NCBI GenBank assembly: GCA_051362555.1
Contig: JBPQGU010000016.1
Span: forward strand, 2,480,001-2,544,000
DNA length: 64,000 nucleotides
Reading direction: 5' to 3'
Source of the DNA: Lingula anatina
Taxonomy: Eukaryota; Animalia; Brachiopoda
Shown here: positions 54,415 to 64,000 of the stretch, in pieces
Position numbering within the stretch: the first letter of the stretch is position 1
How the letters are laid out: each line of letters starts with the position of its first letter
Translations under genes and position numbers: made by a program
Notes under the pieces: model-generated
Seen by the model: the letters and a program-made list of their open reading frames with translations, nothing else
Databases searched by the model: none
What the model was told of the DNA's origin: nothing

Positions 54415-55140
54415 ATAGAGCAAAAACTCTCTCCACCCCCCCCTCTCTCCAAATCCTGTTCTCAGGTGTGCTTTTTGGCCATCTTTAAAGCTGAAATTGG
54501 GGGCTTTAATGAAGTGATCCGGGCGCGTTTCCACATTTTTTATGTATGACAGGTGTGGTAGATTGATTTTCATCTCTTTTTGGAAAATTTGGTGACGGGT
54601 CATTTTTGGGTGATTTTGAGTGATTTTCGTAAGGTCCGGATATGGCAGTTTTCTTCAATTTTGGCCAGGTAGGGTTGAAAAATTTTTTTCTTCATTATAG
54701 TGTCTGGTAGGTGTGTTTGGTCATTTGTAGTCAGAATAAAGTGCTGGAAGAGTGGTTGTGTCATTATTAAGGAAGAAATAGAGCAAAAACTCTCTCCACC
54801 CCCCCCTCTCTCCAAATCCTGTTCTCAGGTGTGCTTTTTGGCCATCTTTAAAGCTGAAATTGGGGGCTTTAATGAAGTGATCCGGGCGCGTTTCCACATT
54901 TTTTATGAATGACAGGTGTGGTAGATTGATTTTCATCACTTTTTGGAAAATTTGGTGACGGGTCATTTTTGGGTGATTTTGAGTGATTTTCGTAAGGTCC
55001 GGATATGGCAGTTTTCTTCAATTTTGGCCAGGTAGGGTTGAAAAATTTTTTTCTTCATTATAGTGTCTGGTAGGTGTGTTTGGTCATTTGTAGTCAGAAT
55101 AAAGTGCTGGAAGAGTGGTTGTGTCATTATTAAGGAAGAA
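54415..55140. repeat. Marked monomer pair, copy 2 (same four variants as 43206-43931)
   Basis: C8 at 54436-54443 and 54799-54806; A>T at 54545 and 54575. All are offset 11209 bp from copy 1. Confidence 0.9.
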
Positions 55141-58100
55141 ATAGAGCAAAAACTCTCTCCACCCCCCCTCTCTCCAAATCCTGTTCTCAGGTGTGCTTTT
55201 TGGCCATCTTTAAAGCTGAAATTGGGGGCTTTAATGAAGTGATCCGGGCGCGTTTCCACATTTTTTATGAATGACAGGTGTGGTAGATTGATTTTCATCA
55301 CTTTTTGGAAAATTTGGTGACGGGTCATTTTTGGGTGATTTTGAGTGATTTTCGTAAGGTCCGGATATGGCAGTTTTCTTCAATTTTGGCCAGGTAGGGT
55401 TGAAAAATTTTTTTCTTCATTATAGTGTCTGGTAGGTGTGTTTGGTCATTTGTAGTCAGAATAAAGTGCTGGAAGAGTGGTTGTGTCATTATTAAGGAAG
55501 AAATAGAGCAAAAACTCTCTCCACCCCCCCTCTCTCCAAATCCTGTTCTCAGGTGTGCTTTTTGGCCATCTTTAAAGCTGAAATTGGGGGCTTTAATGAA
55601 GTGATCCGGGCGCGTTTCCACATTTTTTATGAATGACAGGTGTGGTAGATTGATTTTCATCACTTTTTGGAAAATTTGGTGACGGGTCATTTTTGGGTGA
55701 TTTTGAGTGATTTTCGTAAGGTCCGGATATGGCAGTTTTCTTCAATTTTGGCCAGGTAGGGTTGAAAAATTTTTTTCTTCATTATAGTGTCTGGTAGGTG
55801 TGTTTGGTCATTTGTAGTCAGAATAAAGTGCTGGAAGAGTGGTTGTGTCATTATTAAGGAAGAAATAGAGCAAAAACTCTCTCCACCCCCCCTCTCTCCA
55901 AATCCTGTTCTCAGGTGTGCTTTTTGGCCATCTTTAAAGCTGAAATTGGGGGCTTTAATGAAGTGATCCGGGCGCGTTTCCACATTTTTTATGAATGACA
56001 GGTGTGGTAGATTGATTTTCATCACTTTTTGGAAAATTTGGTGACGGGTCATTTTTGGGTGATTTTGAGTGATTTTCGTAAGGTCCGGATATGGCAGTTT
56101 TCTTCAATTTTGGCCAGGTAGGGTTGAAAAATTTTTTTCTTCATTATAGTGTCTGGTAGGTGTGTTTGGTCATTTGTAGTCAGAATAAAGTGCTGGAAGA
56201 GTGGTTGTGTCATTATTAAGGAAGAAATAGAGCAAAAACTCTCTCCACCCCCCCTCTCTCCAAATCCTGTTCTCAGGTGTGCTTTTTGGCCATCTTTAAA
56301 GCTGAAATTGGGGGCTTTAATGAAGTGATCCGGGCGCGTTTCCACATTTTTTATGAATGACAGGTGTGGTAGATTGATTTTCATCACTTTTTGGAAAATT
56401 TGGTGACGGGTCATTTTTGGGTGATTTTGAGTGATTTTCGTAAGGTCCGGATATGGCAGTTTTCTTCAATTTTGGCCAGGTAGGGTTGAAAAATTTTTTT
56501 CTTCATTATAGTGTCTGGTAGGTGTGTTTGGTCATTTGTAGTCAGAATAAAGTGCTGGAAGAGTGGTTGTGTCATTATTAAGGAAGAAATAGAGCAAAAA
56601 CTCTCTCCACCCCCCCTCTCTCCAAATCCTGTTCTCAGGTGTGCTTTTTGGCCATCTTTAAAGCTGAAATTGGGGGCTTTAATGAAGTGATCCGGGCGCG
56701 TTTCCACATTTTTTATGAATGACAGGTGTGGTAGATTGATTTTCATCACTTTTTGGAAAATTTGGTGACGGGTCATTTTTGGGTGATTTTGAGTGATTTT
56801 CGTAAGGTCCGGATATGGCAGTTTTCTTCAATTTTGGCCAGGTAGGGTTGAAAAATTTTTTTCTTCATTATAGTGTCTGGTAGGTGTGTTTGGTCATTTG
56901 TAGTCAGAATAAAGTGCTGGAAGAGTGGTTGTGTCATTATTAAGGAAGAAATAGAGCAAAAACTCTCTCCACCCCCCCTCTCTCCAAATCCTGTTCTCAG
57001 GTGTGCTTTTTGGCCATCTTTAAAGCTGAAATTGGGGGCTTTAATGAAGTGATCCGGGCGCGTTTCCACATTTTTTATGAATGACAGGTGTGGTAGATTG
57101 ATTTTCATCACTTTTTGGAAAATTTGGTGACGGGTCATTTTTGGGTGATTTTGAGTGATTTTCGTAAGGTCCGGATATGGCAGTTTTCTTCAATTTTGGC
57201 CAGGTAGGGTTGAAAAATTTTTTTCTTCATTATAGTGTCTGGTAGGTGTGTTTGGTCATTTGTAGTCAGAATAAAGTGCTGGAAGAGTGGTTGTGTCATT
57301 ATTAAGGAAGAAATAGAGCAAAAACTCTCTCCACCCCCCCTCTCTCCAAATCCTGTTCTCAGGTGTGCTTTTTGGCCATCTTTAAAGCTGAAATTGGGGG
57401 CTTTAATGAAGTGATCCGGGCGCGTTTCCACATTTTTTATGAATGACAGGTGTGGTAGATTGATTTTCATCACTTTTTGGAAAATTTGGTGACGGGTCAT
57501 TTTTGGGTGATTTTGAGTGATTTTCGTAAGGTCCGGATATGGCAGTTTTCTTCAATTTTGGCCAGGTAGGGTTGAAAAATTTTTTTCTTCATTATAGTGT
57601 CTGGTAGGTGTGTTTGGTCATTTGTAGTCAGAATAAAGTGCTGGAAGAGTGGTTGTGTCATTATTAAGGAAGAAATAGAGCAAAAACTCTCTCCACCCCC
57701 CCTCTCTCCAAATCCTGTTCTCAGGTGTGCTTTTTGGCCATCTTTAAAGCTGAAATTGGGGGCTTTAATGAAGTGATCCGGGCGCGTTTCCACATTTTTT
57801 ATGAATGACAGGTGTGGTAGATTGATTTTCATCACTTTTTGGAAAATTTGGTGACGGGTCATTTTTGGGTGATTTTGAGTGATTTTCGTAAGGTCCGGAT
57901 ATGGCAGTTTTCTTCAATTTTGGCCAGGTAGGGTTGAAAAATTTTTTTCTTCATTATAGTGTCTGGTAGGTGTGTTTGGTCATTTGTAGTCAGAATAAAG
58001 TGCTGGAAGAGTGGTTGTGTCATTATTAAGGAAGAAATAGAGCAAAAACTCTCTCCACCCCCCCTCTCTCCAAATCCTGTTCTCAGGTGTGCTTTTTGGC

Positions 58101-61100
58101 CATCTTTAAAGCTGAAATTGGGGGCTTTAATGAAGTGATCCGGGCGCGTTTCCACATTTTTTATGAATGACAGGTGTGGTAGATTGATTTTCATCACTTT
58201 TTGGAAAATTTGGTGACGGGTCATTTTTGGGTGATTTTGAGTGATTTTCGTAAGGTCCGGATATGGCAGTTTTCTTCAATTTTGGCCAGGTAGGGTTGAA
58301 AAATTTTTTTCTTCATTATAGTGTCTGGTAGGTGTGTTTGGTCATTTGTAGTCAGAATAAAGTGCTGGAAGAGTGGTTGTGTCATTATTAAGGAAGAAAT
58401 AGAGCAAAAACTCTCTCCACCCCCCCTCTCTCCAAATCCTGTTCTCAGGTGTGCTTTTTGGCCATCTTTAAAGCTGAAATTGGGGGCTTTAATGAAGTGA
58501 TCCGGGCGCGTTTCCACATTTTTTATGAATGACAGGTGTGGTAGATTGATTTTCATCACTTTTTGGAAAATTTGGTGACGGGTCATTTTTGGGTGATTTT
58601 GAGTGATTTTCGTAAGGTCCGGATATGGCAGTTTTCTTCAATTTTGGCCAGGTAGGGTTGAAAAATTTTTTTCTTCATTATAGTGTCTGGTAGGTGTGTT
58701 TGGTCATTTGTAGTCAGAATAAAGTGCTGGAAGAGTGGTTGTGTCATTATTAAGGAAGAAATAGAGCAAAAACTCTCTCCACCCCCCCTCTCTCCAAATC
58801 CTGTTCTCAGGTGTGCTTTTTGGCCATCTTTAAAGCTGAAATTGGGGGCTTTAATGAAGTGATCCGGGCGCGTTTCCACATTTTTTATGAATGACAGGTG
58901 TGGTAGATTGATTTTCATCACTTTTTGGAAAATTTGGTGACGGGTCATTTTTGGGTGATTTTGAGTGATTTTCGTAAGGTCCGGATATGGCAGTTTTCTT
59001 CAATTTTGGCCAGGTAGGGTTGAAAAATTTTTTTCTTCATTATAGTGTCTGGTAGGTGTGTTTGGTCATTTGTAGTCAGAATAAAGTGCTGGAAGAGTGG
59101 TTGTGTCATTATTAAGGAAGAAATAGAGCAAAAACTCTCTCCACCCCCCCTCTCTCCAAATCCTGTTCTCAGGTGTGCTTTTTGGCCATCTTTAAAGCTG
59201 AAATTGGGGGCTTTAATGAAGTGATCCGGGCGCGTTTCCACATTTTTTATGAATGACAGGTGTGGTAGATTGATTTTCATCACTTTTTGGAAAATTTGGT
59301 GACGGGTCATTTTTGGGTGATTTTGAGTGATTTTCGTAAGGTCCGGATATGGCAGTTTTCTTCAATTTTGGCCACGTAGGGTTGAAAAATTTTTTTCTTC
59401 ATTATAGTGTCTGGTAGGTGTGTTTGGTCATTTGTAGTCAGAATAAAGTGCTGGAAGAGTGGTTGTGTCATTATTAAGGAAGAAATAGAGCAAAAACTCT
59501 CTCCACCCCCCCTCTCTCCAAATCCTGTTCTCAGGTGTGCTTTTTGGCCATCTTTAAAGCTGAAATTGGGGGCTTTAATGAAGTGATCCGGGCGCGTTTC
59601 CACATTTTTTATGAATGACAGGTGTGGTAGATTGATTTTCATCACTTTTTGGAAAATTTGGTGACGGGTCATTTTTGGGTGATTTTGAGTGATTTTCGTA
59701 AGGTCCGGATATGGCAGTTTTCTTCAATTTTGGCCAGGTAGGGTTGAAAAATTTTTTTCTTCATTATAGTGTCTGGTAGGTGTGTTTGGTCATTTGTAGT
59801 CAGAATAAAGTGCTGGAAGAGTGGTTGTGTCATTATTAAGGAAGAAATAGAGCAAAAACTCTCTCCACCCCCCCTCTCTCCAAATCCTGTTCTCAGGTGT
59901 GCTTTTTGGCCATCTTTAAAGCTGAAATTGGGGGCTTTAATGAAGTGATCCGGGCGCGTTTCCACATTTTTTATGAATGACAGGTGTGGTAGATTGATTT
60001 TCATCACTTTTTGGAAAATTTGGTGACGGGTCATTTTTGGGTGATTTTGAGTGATTTTCGTAAGGTCCGGATATGGCAGTTTTCTTCAATTTTGGCCAGG
60101 TAGGGTTGAAAAATTTTTTTCTTCATTATAGTGTCTGGTAGGTGTGTTTGGTCATTTGTAGTCAGAATAAAGTGCTGGAAGAGTGGTTGTGTCATTATTA
60201 AGGAAGAAATAGAGCAAAAACTCTCTCCACCCCCCCTCTCTCCAAATCCTGTTCTCAGGTGTGCTTTTTGGCCATCTTTAAAGCTGAAATTGGGGGCTTT
60301 AATGAAGTGATCCGGGCGCGTTTCCACATTTTTTATGAATGACAGGTGTGGTAGATTGATTTTCATCACTTTTTGGAAAATTTGGTGACGGGTCATTTTT
60401 GGGTGATTTTGAGTGATTTTCGTAAGGTCCGGATATGGCAGTTTTCTTCAATTTTGGCCAGGTAGGGTTGAAAAATTTTTTTCTTCATTATAGTGTCTGG
60501 TAGGTGTGTTTGGTCATTTGTAGTCAGAATAAAGTGCTGGAAGAGTGGTTGTGTCATTATTAAGGAAGAAATAGAGCAAAAACTCTCTCCACCCCCCCTC
60601 TCTCCAAATCCTGTTCTCAGGTGTGCTTTTTGGCCATCTTTAAAGCTGAAATTGGGGGCTTTAATGAAGTGATCCGGGCGCGTTTCCACATTTTTTATGA
60701 ATGACAGGTGTGGTAGATTGATTTTCATCACTTTTTGGAAAATTTGGTGACGGGTCATTTTTGGGTGATTTTGAGTGATTTTCGTAAGGTCCGGATATGG
60801 CAGTTTTCTTCAATTTTGGCCAGGTAGGGTTGAAAAATTTTTTTCTTCATTATAGTGTCTGGTAGGTGTGTTTGGTCATTTGTAGTCAGAATAAAGTGCT
60901 GGAAGAGTGGTTGTGTCATTATTAAGGAAGAAATAGAGCAAAAACTCTCTCCACCCCCCCTCTCTCCAAATCCTGTTCTCAGGTGTGCTTTTTGGCCATC
61001 TTTAAAGCTGAAATTGGGGGCTTTAATGAAGTGATCCGGGCGCGTTTCCACATTTTTTATGAATGACAGGTGTGGTAGATTGATTTTCATCACTTTTTGG

Positions 61101-62018
61101 AAAATTTGGTGACGGGTCATTTTTGGGTGATTTTGAGTGATTTTCGTAAGGTCCGGATATGGCAGTTTTCTTCAATTTTGGCCAGGTAGGGTTGAAAAAT
61201 TTTTTTCTTCATTATAGTGTCTGGTAGGTGTGTTTGGTCATTTGTAGTCAGAATAAAGTGCTGGAAGAGTGGTTGTGTCATTATTAAGGAAGAAATAGAG
61301 CAAAAACTCTCTCCACCCCCCCTCTCTCCAAATCCTGTTCTCAGGTGTGCTTTTTGGCCATCTTTAAAGCTGAAATTGGGGGCTTTAATGAAGTGATCCG
61401 GGCGCGTTTCCACATTTTTTATGAATGACAGGTGTGGTAGATTGATTTTCATCACTTTTTGGAAAATTTGGTGACGGGTCATTTTTGGGTGATTTTGAGT
61501 GATTTTCGTAAGGTCCGGATATGGCAGTTTTCTTCAATTTTGGCCAGGTAGGGTTGAAAAATTTTTTTCTTCATTATAGTGTCTGGTAGGTGTGTTTGGT
61601 CATTTGTAGTCAGAATAAAGTGCTGGAAGAGTGGTTGTGTCATTATTAAGGAAGAAATAGAGCAAAAACTCTCTCCACCCCCCCTCTCTCCAAATCCTGT
61701 TCTCAGGTGTGCTTTTTGGCCATCTTTAAAGCTGAAATTGGGGGCTTTAATGAAGTGATCCGGGCGCGTTTCCACATTTTTTATGAATGACAGGTGTGGT
61801 AGATTGATTTTCATCACTTTTTGGAAAATTTGGTGACGGGTCATTTTTGGGTGATTTTGAGTGATTTTCGTAAGGTCCGGATATGGCAGTTTTCTTCAAT
61901 TTTGGCCAGGTAGGGTTGAAAAATTTTTTTCTTCATTATAGTGTCTGGTAGGTGTGTTTGGTCATTTGTAGTCAGAATAAAGTGCTGGAAGAGTGGTTGT
62001 GTCATTATTAAGGAAGAA

Positions 62019-62381
62019 ATAGAGCAAAAACTCTCTCCACCCCCCCCTCTCTCCAAATCCTGTTCTCAGGTGTGCTTTTTGGCCATCTTTAAAGCTGAAA
62101 TTGGGGGCTTTAATGAAGTGATCCGGGCGCGTTTCCACATTTTTTATGAATGACAGGTGTGGTAGATTGATTTTCATCACTTTTTGGAAAATTTGGTGAC
62201 GGGTCATTTTTGGGTGATTTTGAGTGATTTTCGTAAGGTCCGGATATGGCAGTTTTCTTCAATTTTGGCCAGGTAGGGTTGAAAAATTTTTTTCTTCATT
62301 ATAGTGTCTGGTAGGTGTGTTTGGTCATTTGTAGTCAGAATAAAGTGCTGGAAGAGTGGTTGTGTCATTATTAAGGAAGAA
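62019..62381. repeat. Variant B monomer (363 bp, C8)
   Basis: C8 at 62040-62047 with no linked SNP seen. It could be a homopolymer sequencing error. Confidence 0.7.
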
Positions 62382-64000
62382 ATAGAGCAAAAACTCTCTC
62401 CACCCCCCCTCTCTCCAAATCCTGTTCTCAGGTGTGCTTTTTGGCCATCTTTAAAGCTGAAATTGGGGGCTTTAATGAAGTGATCCGGGCGCGTTTCCAC
62501 ATTTTTTATGAATGACAGGTGTGGTAGATTGATTTTCATCACTTTTTGGAAAATTTGGTGACGGGTCATTTTTGGGTGATTTTGAGTGATTTTCGTAAGG
62601 TCCGGATATGGCAGTTTTCTTCAATTTTGGCCAGGTAGGGTTGAAAAATTTTTTTCTTCATTATAGTGTCTGGTAGGTGTGTTTGGTCATTTGTAGTCAG
62701 AATAAAGTGCTGGAAGAGTGGTTGTGTCATTATTAAGGAAGAAATAGAGCAAAAACTCTCTCCACCCCCCCTCTCTCCAAATCCTGTTCTCAGGTGTGCT
62801 TTTTGGCCATCTTTAAAGCTGAAATTGGGGGCTTTAATGAAGTGATCCGGGCGCGTTTCCACATTTTTTATGAATGACAGGTGTGGTAGATTGATTTTCA
62901 TCACTTTTTGGAAAATTTGGTGACGGGTCATTTTTGGGTGATTTTGAGTGATTTTCGTAAGGTCCGGATATGGCAGTTTTCTTCAATTTTGGCCAGGTAG
63001 GGTTGAAAAATTTTTTTCTTCATTATAGTGTCTGGTAGGTGTGTTTGGTCATTTGTAGTCAGAATAAAGTGCTGGAAGAGTGGTTGTGTCATAATTAAGG
63101 AAGAAATAGAGCAAAAACTCTCTCCACCCCCCCTCTCTCCAAATCCTGTTCTCAGGTGTGCTTTTTGGCCATCTTTAAAGCTGAAATTGGGGGCTTTAAT
63201 GAAGTGATCCGGGCGCGTTTCCACATTTTTTATGAATGACAGGTGTGGTAGATTGATTTTCATCACTTTTTGGAAAATTTGGTGACGGGTCATTTTTGGG
63301 TGATTTTGAGTGATTTTCGTAAGGTCCGGATATGGCAGTTTTCTTCAATTTTGGCCAGGTAGGGTTGAAAAATTTTTTTCTTCATTATAGTGTCTGGTAG
63401 GTGTGTTTGGTCATTTGTAGTCAGAATAAAGTGCTGGAAGAGTGGTTGTGTCATTATTAAGGAAGAAATAGAGCAAAAACTCTCTCCACCCCCCCTCTCT
63501 CCAAATCCTGTTCTCAGGTGTGCTTTTTGGCCATCTTTAAAGCTGAAATTGGGGGCTTTAATGAAGTGATCCGGGCGCGTTTCCACATTTTTTATGAATG
63601 ACAGGTGTGGTAGATTGATTTTCATCACTTTTTGGAAAATTTGGTGACGGGTCATTTTTGGGTGATTTTGAGTGATTTTCGTAAGGTCCGGATATGGCAG
63701 TTTTCTTCAATTTTGGCCAGGTAGGGTTGAAAAATTTTTTTCTTCATTATAGTGTCTGGTAGGTGTGTTTGGTCATTTGTAGTCAGAATAAAGTGCTGGA
63801 AGAGTGGTTGTGTCATTATTAAGGAAGAAATAGAGCAAAAACTCTCTCCACCCCCCCTCTCTCCAAATCCTGTTCTCAGGTGTGCTTTTTGGCCATCTTT
63901 AAAGCTGAAATTGGGGGCTTTAATGAAGTGATCCGGGCGCGTTTCCACATTTTTTATGAATGACAGGTGTGGTAGATTGATTTTCATCACTTTTTGGAAA

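Larger units (their letters stand above)
1..64000. repeat. Tandem satellite DNA array, 362-bp monomer, about 177 head-to-tail copies, running off both window ends
   Basis: The sequence recurs every 362 bp (atagagcaaaaactctctcc at 1, 363, 725 ...) and ORF-track coordinates step by 362. No unique sequence, inversion or insertion is seen. Hand count of monomer A: T129 G91 A87 C55 (40% GC). Confidence 0.99.
28747..64000. repeat. Satellite subfamily B block (about 97 monomers)
   Basis: Differs from A at monomer positions 60, 65, 103, 134, 146, 150, 173, 206, 260, 280, 284, 290, 317, 320, 321, 338, 340 and 354 (18/362, no indels between the consensuses). Representative monomer: 31261-31622. Confidence 0.98.

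Noticed and set aside
59375-63093. Isolated SNPs at 59375 (G>C) and 63093 (T>A), similarly 108, 7106 and 18368
   Set aside because: They are singletons with no recurrence or pattern, so ordinary point mutations or sequencing errors.
1-64000. CRISPR array, 5S rRNA, tRNA, snRNA or histone tandem cluster
   Set aside because: There are no unique spacers, and no stretch resembles 5S rRNA, a tRNA cloverleaf, a U snRNA or histone coding sequence that I can recognise. An Rfam scan would be the formal test.
28747-64000. Endless rolling-circle ORF (DRT2/Neo-like concatemer gene)
   Set aside because: 362 is not a multiple of 3, every ORF terminates after one unit, and no reverse transcriptase or other gene is in the window.

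Overview
The whole 64 kb window is one head-to-tail satellite DNA array of a 362-bp monomer (about 40% GC by hand count, about 177 copies, all in one orientation). I see no recognisable genes, RNA genes, transposons or CRISPR structure. Two internally near-identical subfamilies meet at a sharp boundary. Type A (1-28746) has 79 full monomers plus 148 bp, no indels, and only 4 SNPs that I could spot. Type B (28747-64000) has about 97 monomers and differs from A at 18 fixed substitutions (95% identity). The A/B junction is out of register: monomer position 148 joins position 17 with 1 bp of microhomology. Rare variants record array evolution: an indel hotspot in a pyrimidine mirror-repeat tract, a marked two-monomer haplotype repeated 31 monomers apart, and one multiply mutated monomer. 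The ORFs in the track are repeat by-products, although the type-B minus-strand 121-aa ORFs tile the array with ATGA overlaps and deserve a check. The array is most likely eukaryotic centromeric, pericentromeric or subtelomeric DNA. I cannot identify the taxon or family. Monomer positions below are counted from 'atagagcaaa' (window 1-362). Variants were found by eye plus the ORF track, so some may be missed.
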